Below, in pieces: positions 15,343 to 24,992 of a stretch of DNA of 64,000 bases. How positions within the stretch are numbered: the first letter of the stretch is position 1; every line of letters starts with the position of its first letter. Under the pieces are notes generated by a model. The model saw only the letters and a program-made list of their open reading frames with translations, ran no database searches and had not been told where the DNA came from. The DNA lies in NCBI GenBank assembly GCA_041695225.1, contig JBGFRI010000038.1, forward strand, positions 24,307-88,306. The letters are read 5' to 3'. Source of the DNA: Deinococcota bacterium. GTDB taxonomy: Bacteria; Deinococcota; Deinococci; Deinococcales; Thermaceae. A program made the translations under genes and the position numbers.

Positions 15343-16146
15343 TTAAAGCCGCTGACACCCCGGGCAAAAGTGCGTCCCGCGGCCGCCCACCACCATCCTG
15401 ACAACACTACCCCCACAGCCTTTGCGCTTACAGGGCTGTCCAGCACGGCCGTAAGCGCTCAGCTCGAGCTGGAAATAGCCTGGCTCCCCACTGGGCAGAA
15501 GGTAGCTCTGGTCAGACAAGGTAGAACCCCCGGCCTCAACCGCCCGCCCCATCACCTCTCGTATGGCCCGGTAGAGTCTTGATACCTCGAGCGCCCCGAG
15601 CGCATTGCTGGGCCGTTCGGGGTGAATCCGGCCCAGCCACAGTGACTCGTCGGCATAGATGTTTCCCACACCCGCCACGGCTGCCTGGCTCAGCAAAACT
15701 TCCTTAACTTTTCGGCTGGTCTGCATTAGCGAGTGTTTGAACTGAGCAAGGGTAAACTCTGGCGAGAGCGGCTCTGGCCCCAGGCGGTTTAGCAGATCTA
15801 TCTCGCGGTAGTCACCGGCCCTGACCACCCACCATTTACCAAAGCGACGGGGGTCGGTGAAGTAGAGGGTCTGGCCGGGTAGTTGCAGGGTGACTCGAGT
15901 ATGGCGGTGCGGGGCAAAACGAAAGCCTCCGGTCATGCCCAGATGCACAATGGCCTCGAGCTCTTTGTCCATGTGCAGAATAAGGTACTTTCCCCGGCGG
16001 GAGGCCCCCAACACCTGGCGCCCCTCGGCCAGCTCGGTATGCCGGTAGCGGCTGGGGTCGTTGTGGAGGAGCCTCTGGATACGCTGGCCCAGCAGATAGG
16101 GCTCCAGGATGCGCCGGATGGTCTCGACCTCGGGAAGCTCTGGCAT
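15343..16146 (-). CDS. mutM: Formamidopyrimidine-DNA glycosylase
   Basis: MPELPEVE, HLGMTG, DPRRFG, GVGNIYADE and a C-terminal zinc finger. Confidence 0.97.
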   Translation of the reverse strand: MPELPEVETIRRILEPYLLGQRIQRLLHNDPSRYRHTELAEGRQVLGASRRGKYLILHMDKELEAIVHLGMTGGFRFAPHRHTRVTLQLPGQTLYFTDPRRFGKWWVVRAGDYREIDLLNRLGPEPLSPEFTLAQFKHSLMQTSRKVKEVLLSQAAVAGVGNIYADESLWLGRIHPERPSNALGALEVSRLYRAIREVMGRAVEAGGSTLSDQSYLLPSGEPGYFQLELSAYGRAGQPCKRKGCGGSVVRMVVGGRGTHFCPGCQRL

Positions 16147-16302
16147 AGATTAATCACCCCCATCCCTTCGACTGCGCTCAGGACAAGCCTCGGCCACTAC
16201 GTCACCCAGTCTATAGCAGTACCCAGAATATCCCCACGACCGCCACAACAGCCAAAAAAACAGCACAGTTATGGCGGCCAGAGCAGCAAAATGCCCAGGT
16301 AC

Positions 16303-16989
16303 TTACGGCAGATTTTGCAGCCGTTCTTTGGCGAAACCCTGTTCAACCCGCTCGGCCGCGTTACGTGGGGTGAGGCGCAGCGCCAGCTCGAGCTGGAGGC
16401 GAGCGTCTGCAACAGCGCCCAGCTCAGCCAGGGCCAGGGCATACCAGACCCGGATCAGCACCGAGCCCGGCTCGAGGCGCACAGCCTCTTCAAAGAGCGG
16501 TCTGACCCGCTTCAGGTCGGCTCCCAACAGCCAGCCTACCCGGGTTCTGTGCAAACTCAGGTGCCAGAGCGCCAGAGCTGCCCTGGCCTCGGCGAGAGCG
16601 GGCTTGAGTTGCAGGGCCTGGTGTAAGTGTCCTCGCACCGCATTGGCAGCCAGGGCCTGCTCCAGTAGATTTTTTCGGATGACTTGTCCAGCAATAGCCC
16701 GGGCTAGCTCGAAGTATGCTTCGGCAGATCTGGGGCCGAGTTCCAGGGCTCGTTGCGCGGCCTCCTGCCCCCGCGCAAACCACTCGGCCACCTCTTTTGG
16801 GTCCTGGGTTCCATAGTTGGCCTGAAGGTTAGCCGCATGGGCTGCAAGCAGCCAGCCAGCTGCTCCGCCGGTGGTGCGCCCATATTCATAGGCTTCGGTA
16901 TAACGCCCTTCAACCAGGAGCGGGCTGGCAGAGGCCAGCCCCAGGCCCAGCAGCCATAAGCATGGTAATAGTATGCGCATATACACCAC
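16303..16989 (-). CDS. Exported TPR-like helical protein
   Basis: Signal peptide (LASA); A/L-rich TPR-like repeats (ALELGP, ALQLKP, AVRLEP, ALRLTP). Confidence 0.7.
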   Translation of the reverse strand: MVYMRILLPCLWLLGLGLASASPLLVEGRYTEAYEYGRTTGGAAGWLLAAHAANLQANYGTQDPKEVAEWFARGQEAAQRALELGPRSAEAYFELARAIAGQVIRKNLLEQALAANAVRGHLHQALQLKPALAEARAALALWHLSLHRTRVGWLLGADLKRVRPLFEEAVRLEPGSVLIRVWYALALAELGAVADARLQLELALRLTPRNAAERVEQGFAKERLQNLP

Positions 16990-17004
16990 AGCATAGCGCC
17001 TCTT

Positions 17005-17280
17005 CTATTTGCCAGCGCGCTCTGGGGTACGGGGACTATCCAGCGCACGGCGGCACTCGCGGAATACGTATAGCACCAGTATGGGAAAGGGGATATCCTG
17101 TTTCAAGGCCTCCTGCACAGCACAATAACGGCTCCGATCAGCCTTACGAACCCTGGGAGCCAGCGCGGTCCATAGTTGCAGCAAACCTTCACGGCTATGT
17201 GGCAGCGCTTCCTCAAAGCGTTTCAGAGGGTCGGCGGCAGCTTCCATCCTCAACACATAAGGCTGGGCAGGCTTGATCAC
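17005..17280 (-). CDS. Hypothetical protein
   Basis: ORF collinear with the litR-ldrP run. Confidence 0.55.
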   Translation of the reverse strand: MIKPAQPYVLRMEAAADPLKRFEEALPHSREGLLQLWTALAPRVRKADRSRYCAVQEALKQDIPFPILVLYVFRECRRALDSPRTPERAGK

Positions 17281-17324
17281 GCCACCAGGGTAGACCTGCT
17301 TGGGTTTTCCAACCGTATCACAGA

Positions 17325-18224
17325 CTAAGCACTGACCGGCCGTTTAGTGGTCAGCATTCCGGGCAATTCCACTTCCAAGGAGCGCTCCGACAAAGAAAAA
17401 GCCCCCCGCATATACCTCGGGTCGGCAGTATTGCTCAACTTGAGCTGCCGGTACTGGTCCAGTGTTATGGGGCTAATGGGCAAGGGCGAGATCAGTGGCA
17501 CCACCAGATCCATCAGGGCCAGCGGAATGGAAAGCAGGGGTTTTCTGTAGCCCAGGGTATCGCGCACCAGTAGTAGCAATTCGCGGAAGGTATACTCCTT
17601 GGGCCCCACCAGGTTGTAGCTGCGGTGAATGGTAGCTGGCCGGCTCAGGGCCTGGGCAAAAGCCATGGCCACATCCCCAGCCCAGATCGGGCGAAATACA
17701 AAACTGCCATCGCCAATCTGGGGAATAAAAGGAAGCGGTGCAGTAACCAAACCCTTCAGGACGCGGCTGAAAAACTCGTCGCCCTGACCAAAAATCAGGC
17801 TGGGGCGCAGAATAGTCCAGTCCAGCCCGGAAGCCTGTACCAGTTCTTCGCCAAGGGCCTTGGTCTCGTAGTAGCGGCTGCCGGTGCCAGGGGCTACTCC
17901 CAGCGCCGACATGTGCACAAAGCGCCGGATGCCCCCCGACCTGGCCGCGGCCAGGCTATGGCTTACCCCTTCCACGTGGGCCTGGCGAAAGGTCTGGTCT
18001 CCACGCTCGCGGATGATACCCACCAGGTAGATCAGGGCCTGGTGTCCCTGGGCAGCTTCTTCCAGGCCCTCGCCTTTGACAGCATCGGCCGAGATATATT
18101 GCACACCCTTCAGACTGCCTTCACCGCGCCTCGAGGCGATGGTGACCTGGTGGCCCTGCTCCAACAGGTGTCTGGCCATGTGGCCTCCCACATAGCCGCT
18201 GCCGCCAACCAATAGTACCTTCAT
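17325..18224 (-). CDS. NAD(P)-dependent atypical SDR (NDUFA9-like)
   Basis: GGSGYVG, HMSALG, Y..TK and ILRPSLIFG. Confidence 0.85.
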   Translation of the reverse strand: MKVLLVGGSGYVGGHMARHLLEQGHQVTIASRRGEGSLKGVQYISADAVKGEGLEEAAQGHQALIYLVGIIRERGDQTFRQAHVEGVSHSLAAARSGGIRRFVHMSALGVAPGTGSRYYETKALGEELVQASGLDWTILRPSLIFGQGDEFFSRVLKGLVTAPLPFIPQIGDGSFVFRPIWAGDVAMAFAQALSRPATIHRSYNLVGPKEYTFRELLLLVRDTLGYRKPLLSIPLALMDLVVPLISPLPISPITLDQYRQLKLSNTADPRYMRGAFSLSERSLEVELPGMLTTKRPVSA

Positions 18225-18233
18225 CTGCTAACC

Positions 18234-18824
18234 TCAGACCGCTTGCAGCATACCGCCCTCGGCCTCGAGTTCCAAGGTCTGGTTATCCATTAGATAAATC
18301 TTGCGGTAGCCGGTGTCCAGAATGCCTTCGTCGCGCAGATCGGAGAGCAGCTTGCTTACCGATTCACGCGTGGAAGCAGTAGCATCGGCAATTTCCTCGT
18401 GGCTGGCTGTGACGTAGAGGCCGCGGTCATCCTGGCCCCTGGCGGCAGTGGCAGCCAGGTAGAGCAGGTAGCGGCAGATGCGGCTGCGGAGTTCACCCCA
18501 CTGCAGATGGGTCTCGTAGGCCTGGACCTGCAGCATCTGGCTGGCCAGGTTTCCAGCCAGGGCACGCAGGTCATCGCTGGAAAGGGTTTCGGGATCTACC
18601 GCGACAGCAGCAGCCTCGGTCAGGGCTTCGGCGGTGTATTTATACTGTGCCTCCGCGAGCGCTTCTTCACCAAAGTAGTCACCAGGCATAATGTGCCGCA
18701 GGGTGAGCTGCCGTCCATCTGGCAGAATCTCGATGATGCGTACTAGGCCCTGCTCCAGACGGTAGATTGCATCTGTGCGGTCGCCTGCGCGATAAACTAC
18801 TTCCTTTCTGCGTACCTTTTTCAT
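18234..18824 (-). CDS. ldrP: CRP/FNR family regulator, LdrP-like
   Basis: GDYFGE, HTH motif IADATASTRESVSK; directly downstream of litR/carH as in Thermus. Confidence 0.8.
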   Translation of the reverse strand: MKKVRRKEVVYRAGDRTDAIYRLEQGLVRIIEILPDGRQLTLRHIMPGDYFGEEALAEAQYKYTAEALTEAAAVAVDPETLSSDDLRALAGNLASQMLQVQAYETHLQWGELRSRICRYLLYLAATAARGQDDRGLYVTASHEEIADATASTRESVSKLLSDLRDEGILDTGYRKIYLMDNQTLELEAEGGMLQAV

Positions 18825-18879
18825 AAATCCTCCTGGGCCTTAGCGTCAGCACTGCAATAGCAGAGATGTCTCCTACCGT

Positions 18880-19761
18880 TCACCGCAGACCCGCCTCCTG
18901 CATAAGCGGCATCAGCTTTTCCACCAGCTCGCGTGGATCGTTGCCCAGGTAATGCGCCCCTAGCCTCTTTATGGCGTCAGGGTCGTCTGCAGCAGCCCGT
19001 CCGCCGACAACCACTACCGGTGCCAGGCCGAGCAGGGCCAGACGGGGCAAAGACTCCAGCGAGATCGGCTGAATAGCCGACAGAACAATGGCTCTGGCCC
19101 CAGTACGCTCGGCGAATGATCGGAGGTCGGCCAGTGGGGTGTTGGGTCCCAGGTAGTGCACGGTATAGCCTGCTCGGCGCAGAAACAGCGCGGCAATCAG
19201 GCTCCCAATCTCGTGCAGTTCACCAGGCAGGGTCGAGACCAGCAGTGTAGGGCCCAGCGAGCCCCCCATCAGGTTAAACAGGCCCTGCAGGGTACCGCGT
19301 AAATAGGTGCTGGCGAAGTGTTCTTGCGCGGTAGTAACCCGGTCCAGATGCCAGCCATCGCCGATCTGGCGCAAGCAGGACGAGATCACCTCAATCACCA
19401 CGGTTTCTAGCGGGTGAAGCCGGTAGGCTTCCGAAAGAATCCTTTCGGCGGTCTCACTGTCGGCCCGCAGCAGGGCTTCTTCCAGCTCGAGTGCAAGGGT
19501 TTCGGGAGGGCGGGGCCCCTCCTGGGTCAGGCCCTCGAGGTAGCGCTTGACGGCCTGGGCCGGGGCCACTCCCCCGGCAATCCAGTGTTTGATCTGAGCA
19601 AGGGCTTCCAGATCGGTCTCGCTGTACAGCCTATGTCCACCTGGCGAGCGCTCGGGCCGGGGAAAGCCGTAGCGCCGCTCCCATTGACGAAGTAATGCAG
19701 AGGACAAACCAGTGCGCTCCTCCACTTCGGCGATGGTGTAGACCCCCAGATCGTTACGCAT
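18880..19761 (-). CDS. carH: Adenosylcobalamin-dependent photoreceptor/repressor CarH (LitR)
   Basis: MerR HTH (LRQWERRYG, PGGHRLYS), W-x9-EH motif, ExHxxG B12 motif (ELHEIG) and YLGPNTP. Confidence 0.92.
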   Translation of the reverse strand: MRNDLGVYTIAEVEERTGLSSALLRQWERRYGFPRPERSPGGHRLYSETDLEALAQIKHWIAGGVAPAQAVKRYLEGLTQEGPRPPETLALELEEALLRADSETAERILSEAYRLHPLETVVIEVISSCLRQIGDGWHLDRVTTAQEHFASTYLRGTLQGLFNLMGGSLGPTLLVSTLPGELHEIGSLIAALFLRRAGYTVHYLGPNTPLADLRSFAERTGARAIVLSAIQPISLESLPRLALLGLAPVVVVGGRAAADDPDAIKRLGAHYLGNDPRELVEKLMPLMQEAGLR

Positions 19762-19785
19762 CGGAAAACCCTTTTGCCACTTAGT

Positions 19786-19850
19786 AGACTAGCCTACTGT
19801 CTAAGTTGTGTCAAGACTTTGGCGCATATACGTATATAATGTGTACAAGT
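19786..19850. promoter_or_regulatory. Divergent promoters and CarH-type operator
   Basis: Minus-strand hexamers in 11-bp phase: TGTACA, TATACG, GCGCCA, TTGACA, TAGACA. TTGACA-17-TAGTCT points to carH; TATAAT at 19835-19840 points to crtB. Confidence 0.75.
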
Positions 19851-20576
19851 ATGAGGAGGTATTGTAGTCTGGGGTTTAACGCGAATCAAATCTTGGCCGA
19901 TCACCGGCAGCAGTTACCAACAACCTTGGCGGCTCGAGTCAACCTTATCCCGCTCACCGCAATTGCCTATGAAATTTGGCGAAAAAGAGCCCTATCGCTG
20001 CTTTCTGGTAGACCCTTTCCGCTACACGAAGAGTTTGCTCTCATGGTCAAAGCCATGCAACCCGTTGCCGGATCGCAGTTTCTGGACCTTGGGACGTCTA
20101 CAGGCCTTTACGCCAGGGCTTTACTAAAGGCCGGAGCAGCGCGGGTCTATGGCCTGGACTTCTCGCCGCCGATGTTGCAAGTAGCCCTCAAGAAAGCCAG
20201 GGGCTATGAAGGTTTTGTGCCCCTGCTGGCCCATGCCGAGGCCATTCCGCTGCCCGAGGCCCAGGTAGATGGGGTAGTGGTGGGAGGGAGCTGGAACGAA
20301 TTCCCCAATCCCCAGGCAGTTATAGATGAAATCCACCGGGTGCTCAAACCAGGTGGACGCCTCTGGATCATGTTTACCCACTACTCCAGCAGCCCCCTAA
20401 AGCGGGTGCTGGAATGCACAGGGCTTCGCTTTCCGGCCCTTCCTGAGCTACTGGGTTCACTATCCAGCAGGGGTTTTAGAGCAAGCGGCTGGAGGGAGGG
20501 CGCGGTGGGATTTGTGGTAGGGACAAAAGTCCCGAATGCGCAAACGAGGCATGCTAAAAAGCAGCATTCTCCCTAA
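19851..20576 (+). CDS. Class I SAM-dependent methyltransferase (start uncertain)
   Basis: FLDLGTSTG, GLDFS..ML, AEAIPL and EIHRVLKPGG. Confidence 0.85.
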   Translation: MRRYCSLGFNANQILADHRQQLPTTLAARVNLIPLTAIAYEIWRKRALSLLSGRPFPLHEEFALMVKAMQPVAGSQFLDLGTSTGLYARALLKAGAARVYGLDFSPPMLQVALKKARGYEGFVPLLAHAEAIPLPEAQVDGVVVGGSWNEFPNPQAVIDEIHRVLKPGGRLWIMFTHYSSSPLKRVLECTGLRFPALPELLGSLSSRGFRASGWREGAVGFVVGTKVPNAQTRHAKKQHSP

Positions 20577-20597
20577 GGGCGCACCCAGGAGATCAGA

Positions 20598-21425
20598 ATG
20601 GAACCCAACTGGCAAGCTCTGTCGAAAATAATTCGTCGCCACTCGTCTACGTTTTACTTTGGTAGTCTGCTATTTAGGGGTGAAGCCCGCAAGGGAGCCT
20701 GGGCGGTTTATGTTGCTTGCCGCACTGGGGATGATGCTGTGGACCAGTCTTCCAACCGACTGGCAGATTTGAACGATTGGTGGGCTGGAATCGAGCGGGC
20801 CTATGCCGGAACACCTCGAGAGAACTGGGAACTGGCCTTGGCCTGGGCCTTGCAGCGCTGGGATATTCCCAAACACGCCTTTGCCGAGATGAGGGACGGC
20901 TTTCTGACCGATCTTACCCCGGTGCGCTTCGAAACCATGGAAGAATTGTATACCTATTGCTACCGGGTAGCCGGTACCGTAGGACTGATGATCGCACCCA
21001 TTGGGGGCGCGGAAGAGGCAGGCCATAACTCTGCCATCAAACTGGGCCAGGCCATGCAGCTTACCAACTGCCTGCGAGACGTGGGTGAGGATCTGACCCT
21101 GGGACGGGTCTACCTGCCCGCCGAACTCATGCGCAAACACGGTGTGACTCTGGATGATCTGCGCCAGGGCTTTATCGGCCCGGGCTATGTGGGGCTGATG
21201 CGCGAACTGGCCGCCGAGGCCCGCAAACTCTACCGCGAGGGGCTAAGGGGTCTCAGGTATCTCAAGACCGGAAGGGAGGCTATTGCTCTGGCAAGTCTGC
21301 AGTACCAGTGCATTCTAGACAAGCTCGAGCAAAACGGCTGGGACAACCTCTCGCGCAGGGCCTCGCTGTCGGGCCTCGAGCGGGTGATGCTGCTGCCCAA
21401 GGCCATCTGTCTGCGAGGTGCTTAA
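20598..21425 (+). CDS. crtB: Phytoene synthase
   Basis: HSSTFY, CRTGDDAVD, YCYRVAGTVG and QLTNCLRDVGED...GRVYLP. Confidence 0.93.
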   Translation: MEPNWQALSKIIRRHSSTFYFGSLLFRGEARKGAWAVYVACRTGDDAVDQSSNRLADLNDWWAGIERAYAGTPRENWELALAWALQRWDIPKHAFAEMRDGFLTDLTPVRFETMEELYTYCYRVAGTVGLMIAPIGGAEEAGHNSAIKLGQAMQLTNCLRDVGEDLTLGRVYLPAELMRKHGVTLDDLRQGFIGPGYVGLMRELAAEARKLYREGLRGLRYLKTGREAIALASLQYQCILDKLEQNGWDNLSRRASLSGLERVMLLPKAICLRGA

Positions 21426-21475
21426 CTCGAGCCCGAATGGTGTCTTGACAAAGCAGCCCACCTCACTGTTTGCGC

Positions 21476-22054
21476 TTAGCTAAGGGCTCGTTCGTAGACG
21501 TTCAATCGCACCTCCCGCCAGCCACGCGTTGCCAGCAGTTGTTTAAGCTCTGTCCGAAATCGCTTCCGGCGACCTTGAAGAGTCTGTTTCACCGCTGAAC
21601 CATCAGGAAGGATTTTGCCAATCAAAACCCGAACGCTGCCGTCAGCGTTCCATTTCAGTCGGATATCATGACGCCCTTCGGTGATCAAGTGGGCAATTTC
21701 CTCGGCGAGCGGCTTTACGTTCAGTCTGGGCTGCATCGGCACAAGTTGCCGGTGGCCGCCGGTACGACAGGTGGCCTCGCGGGTTTCTACATTCACCTGC
21801 CAGTACTGAAGTTTGGCACGTGTGGATCCTAAGAAGGTGGCGCCATGCCGCTCGAGCATAAAGCTGAGCACTGGTGGCTCCCAGAAGATGTTTTCCATAC
21901 GCCCGCGCAACTTATAAGCCTTCATCCCTTCGGCGTTGGCGCCGCGGAAGTCGTGCCAGGCACTCGCCAGAAGGGACTCTAGTGGACCGCCGTCTGCAAT
22001 AGGTCCCTGCGGGATCGAACTGAGGTATGCGAGGAGTTGGTGCATATTTCCCAT
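21476..22054 (-). CDS. Hypothetical protein (possible distal integron cassette)
   Basis: 192-aa ORF with the same orientation as the cassettes upstream. Confidence 0.6.
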   Translation of the reverse strand: MGNMHQLLAYLSSIPQGPIADGGPLESLLASAWHDFRGANAEGMKAYKLRGRMENIFWEPPVLSFMLERHGATFLGSTRAKLQYWQVNVETREATCRTGGHRQLVPMQPRLNVKPLAEEIAHLITEGRHDIRLKWNADGSVRVLIGKILPDGSAVKQTLQGRRKRFRTELKQLLATRGWREVRLNVYERALS

Positions 22055-22747
22055 GGTGACCGATCAGATGGAAGTCGGCCTCCAAGCCAGCCAAGGGTCT
22101 GTGCTTCAGCCGCCTCTCGGTTAAGGATAACAAAAGCACGGCGCAATTTCACAGAATATACAGAACTGTCGGGCTAAGCCTAAAAGTTGGCTGTAAGCCC
22201 TTGCTGGACGGCTAGATGCCTACCATCTTCTAACAGCCAGCATCAACCGCCCAAAATCTGCTCCTTTCTAGCGTTGTGTCGAATATTCCTCGCTCACCGC
22301 GCCGGAGTCGCTGCACAAAACCCGTTTGATTAATCCGTGCTAACATCATTCCCCTCCATAGCAAGCGTCAGGATTAATCCTCACCAAATCTTCGCGTTCC
22401 GTAATCCGACCTTGGGTATCCTGGCTCTAGCTCATTATCGCCCTGGTAGTGGTCGGGCTGGGGGTAGTGGCCAATCTGTGGCTAAGACCCAAAACAACCG
22501 AAGCGGTCCCAAGGCTCGAGACCGCCACCATGCAGTGGGGGGTGTTCCGGGTTTCGGACTCGGGGCCGAGCATTCTCGAGCCGCGTCCACCCACCGCCGC
22601 TTGAGGGAAGGCAGCTACTTTGGCTTGATCGCAGTCGAGCTCCCATCGCAGGGTGAAAGAGGGGTAGTCTAGGGAGGGGGAGGCTCGAGGAGTTCTTGAA
22701 ACGCCAGAGACGTGCTGGATCGAGGGAGCTGTGCTAACCTTAAAACT

Positions 22748-22944
22748 GTGGGCAAAAACAAGCATAATCGCAAGGTGATTGCCACAAATCAACTTCGCAT
22801 TGAAGGGCATCGGCAAAAAATTGAACGCGAACTGAGCAAACCCCAAGCCGATTAAGGCCAGATTGAGTACTCCTGAACGAGATTCGCGCCTTTGAAGCCG
22901 CCATCGTCCGTTGCCAAAAGCGCTTGCTCAGGCGGAGCGTATGA
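22748..22944 (+). pseudogene. Disrupted small basic protein (putative toxin of a TA-like pair)
   Basis: GTG start, MGKNKHNRKVIATNQLRIEGHRQKIERELSKPQAD*GQIEY, frameshift, LNEIRAFEAAIVRCQKRLLRRSV*. ATGA overlap with the next gene. Confidence 0.5.
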
Positions 22945-23174
22945 TCGAAGTAGACAAGCTTGAGAAAATCCAAGCCCGCAACCGGGTGTTGTTGGAAGAG
23001 ATGTGCCAGGAAGCCGAGCGGTTTATCGAACTGCTAACAGCCTGGTCGGCTTCGGGCGACGAAGACTTGAAGGCCGAGCTCGAGGCCCAGGTCACCACCC
23101 TGCGCATCCATGCCCAGGTACTCGAGAAAAGCCTCGAGGCCGAGTCGGATGCAATGCCAGAGGACGAAGAATAA
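22941..23174 (+). CDS. Small acidic helical protein (putative antitoxin)
   Basis: MIEVDKLEK...AMPEDEE, Glu-rich, translationally coupled to the upstream pseudogene. Confidence 0.6.
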   Translation: MIEVDKLEKIQARNRVLLEEMCQEAERFIELLTAWSASGDEDLKAELEAQVTTLRIHAQVLEKSLEAESDAMPEDEE

Positions 23175-23323
23175 GTATCCCAGAAGCTGTTGTCTTCAAA
23201 GCTGGAAGCAGCGTTAGGTGTTGCCGTTCCCCCCCCCACCAGGTGGGGAAAAAATATCCCCATCCAAGCGGTGTCAGCAGATGATTTGCAGAAAGGCCCG
23301 TGCCCTCGCAGCGGCTAGCAACA

Positions 23324-23611
23324 CTATGCTTCATAGCACAGCAAGACCATCTCCGCTGCTTGCTGGCGAAGCGGGACAAGCGATTGATAGGCGGGCGACC
23401 AAAACCAACCACTCACCGCTGCTACGCTCGGGAAACGGATAACGACAATGTCGGGGTGAGGGTTCTCGCCGGACAGCGCAGCTACTTGTTTGCCACGAAA
23501 AACAAGCTCACCTCCCCAAGGCGCCAAAGTCTCTGGCACCTTACTTCGATATTCAGCCCACATTTCCGGGTTCTTCACGGTGATGTGACCGACGACGTAT
23601 GCGTTACTCAT
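23324..23611 (-). CDS. DUF1330-family protein (integron cassette)
   Basis: AYVVGHI.V.....AEY, GG....RG, VVIRFPS...W..SPAYQ....R pattern. Confidence 0.8.
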   Translation of the reverse strand: MSNAYVVGHITVKNPEMWAEYRSKVPETLAPWGGELVFRGKQVAALSGENPHPDIVVIRFPSVAAVSGWFWSPAYQSLVPLRQQAAEMVLLCYEA

Positions 23612-23644
23612 TTGCATAGATTCTAAACGAAGGTTTGGTGAGAG

Positions 23645-23708
23645 GCCCAACTAACGTCTATGAGATGAGCCGCGAACCAAGCGAGTCGGCGCAATCTAAG
23701 TGTTGGTC
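23645..23708 (-). other. attC-like site
   Basis: Minus strand GACCAAC-acttAGATtgcGCCGac...cgCGGCtcATCT-cataga-cGTTAGTTGGGC. Confidence 0.6.
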
Positions 23709-23709
23709 C

Positions 23710-23935
23710 ACAGAATAAAGTTGCGATATCAACCCCTCACACTGGCTTCTGAGGACCTGAAGACCGACCTTGGCGAATCCCCGTACCAACTAGTCATAAA
23801 CGGTCGAATACTAGCGAGTCAGCCGATTCCGGAAATCAACGATTAGACGCGCCCCAGTGATGGAGGCAAAGACGTCATGCGCCTTGCGCGACAGTGCCAG
23901 CACCGCTTCACCGATGATGATGAACTCCCGCTTCA
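23710..23935 (-). pseudogene. HepT/DUF86 (HEPN) toxin remnant
   Basis: Hand translation REFIIIGEAVLALSRKAHDVFASITGARLIVDFRNRLTR*YSTVYD*LV matches the IIGEA and RNRLxHxY pattern, with in-frame stops. Confidence 0.65.
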
Positions 23936-24024
23936 ATCTTCAAGAGCACACCTCGAGTACTATCAAAGGTTGGCCTACAACCGCTCGAATCAGTTTACTC
24001 GAAGTGAATTTGAAACAGATTCAG

Positions 24025-24075
24025 CCATAACGTTATACGGCTCACCTGTGGCGTCGCCGCAGCCGCTTGTTGGGC
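24025..24075 (-). other. attC-like site
   Basis: Minus strand GCCCAAC-AAGCGGCTGC-GGCGACGCC-ACAGGTGAGCCG-TATAAC-GTTATGG, just after the DUF952 stop. Confidence 0.7.
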
Positions 24076-24089
24076 AGACAGGGCAGGCG

Positions 24090-24443
24090 TTAGGAGAAGT
24101 CCGTATCAATATCGTGATGATCAAAGCTCCCATCCTCCGCGGGTTCGAAGGATGTGATTCTGGCCACTGCATCTAGGTTGATGGACCCGTAGACGTGCGG
24201 GAAGGGTTCGAGGCCACCCTCAAGATTTTCATAAATAACTTGGGAAAGCAGCTTCTCTGTATCGATGTGTAACAGGATAAGCCCGGTTGTGCCGCGGAAG
24301 ATGTGGTTGGCGACCCGAACCACTTGGTGACCGTTCGAGCAGTGTATGAAACCAGCCGAAGCAAGGGAAGGTGCCTCATATAGACCACGGTGTTCCGCTT
24401 CACACCACTCGTCTTTGGTGGTGATGTGAAAGATGACTGCCAC
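24090..24443 (-). CDS. DUF952-family protein (first integron cassette; start uncertain)
   Basis: IFHI....W, SL...GFIHCS...QV..VAN and FPHVYGSINLDAV. Confidence 0.85.
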   Translation of the reverse strand: MAVIFHITTKDEWCEAEHRGLYEAPSLASAGFIHCSNGHQVVRVANHIFRGTTGLILLHIDTEKLLSQVIYENLEGGLEPFPHVYGSINLDAVARITSFEPAEDGSFDHHDIDTDFS

Positions 24444-24467
24444 AGCCAGCGCCTCCCTGCTTGTTCT

Positions 24468-24505
24468 GCCCAACTAGTGATTAATTATCACCCTGTCGTA
24501 TAACA
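24468..24505 (-). other. Putative attI / first cassette junction
   Basis: GTTGGGC (GTTRRRY) core at 24474-24468, complementary to the GCCCAAC box of the cassette's own attC; lies between the integrase and the first cassette. Confidence 0.55.
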
Positions 24506-24535
24506 CCAAGTATCAGGATCCTTTTGACATGTCCG

Positions 24536-24875
24536 ATGCACTCAGAAGCCAAAAGGAACACTCAGCCAAAACCTCCCCTTGCTGAACGAGGCTCGAAACG
24601 TCCTGCGTTTGAAGCACATGAGTCGCCGCACGGAAGCCTCGTATATTTTCTACATGCTAGCTTACCTCGGTTTTCATGGCAAGGGCCGACCCAGAGAAAT
24701 AGGAACCCGGGAGATACGAACCTGCCTGGCCAATCTGGCCACCAAAGGAAAGGCGGCAGCCTCCGCCCAAAATGTAGCTTTGTCGGCCCCGCTCTTTATG
24801 GACATTGAACCCATGCAAATTACTGGCCTCTGCGAAATCCGGTCTTGGCTTTACGAACCAGCGGGCCTGTGCTAG
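24536..24875 (+). pseudogene. intI: Integron integrase, N-terminal fragment
   Basis: LLNEARNVLRLKHMSRRTEASY...FHGKGRPREIG..EIR..L..LA......ASAQNVALSA.LF resembles IntI N-termini. Frameshift near 24578; catalytic domain missing. Confidence 0.8.
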
Positions 24876-24992
24876 CCTGTAGGACGGTCTGGTTTGTGGG
24901 TAATCCCCCAGGGCCTCTGTGCAGTTTTCGCACTCAGCAAGGCTTGCTCGCCTGCGGGTTCGCCAGCACTGCACGACAACTAGTTATCGTTT

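Noticed and set aside
22337..22672. 111-aa ORF, or a broken membrane-protein frame (LIIALVVVGLGVVANLWLRP...)
   Set aside because: The track ORF looks spurious; the alternative frame has an upstream stop and no clear start.
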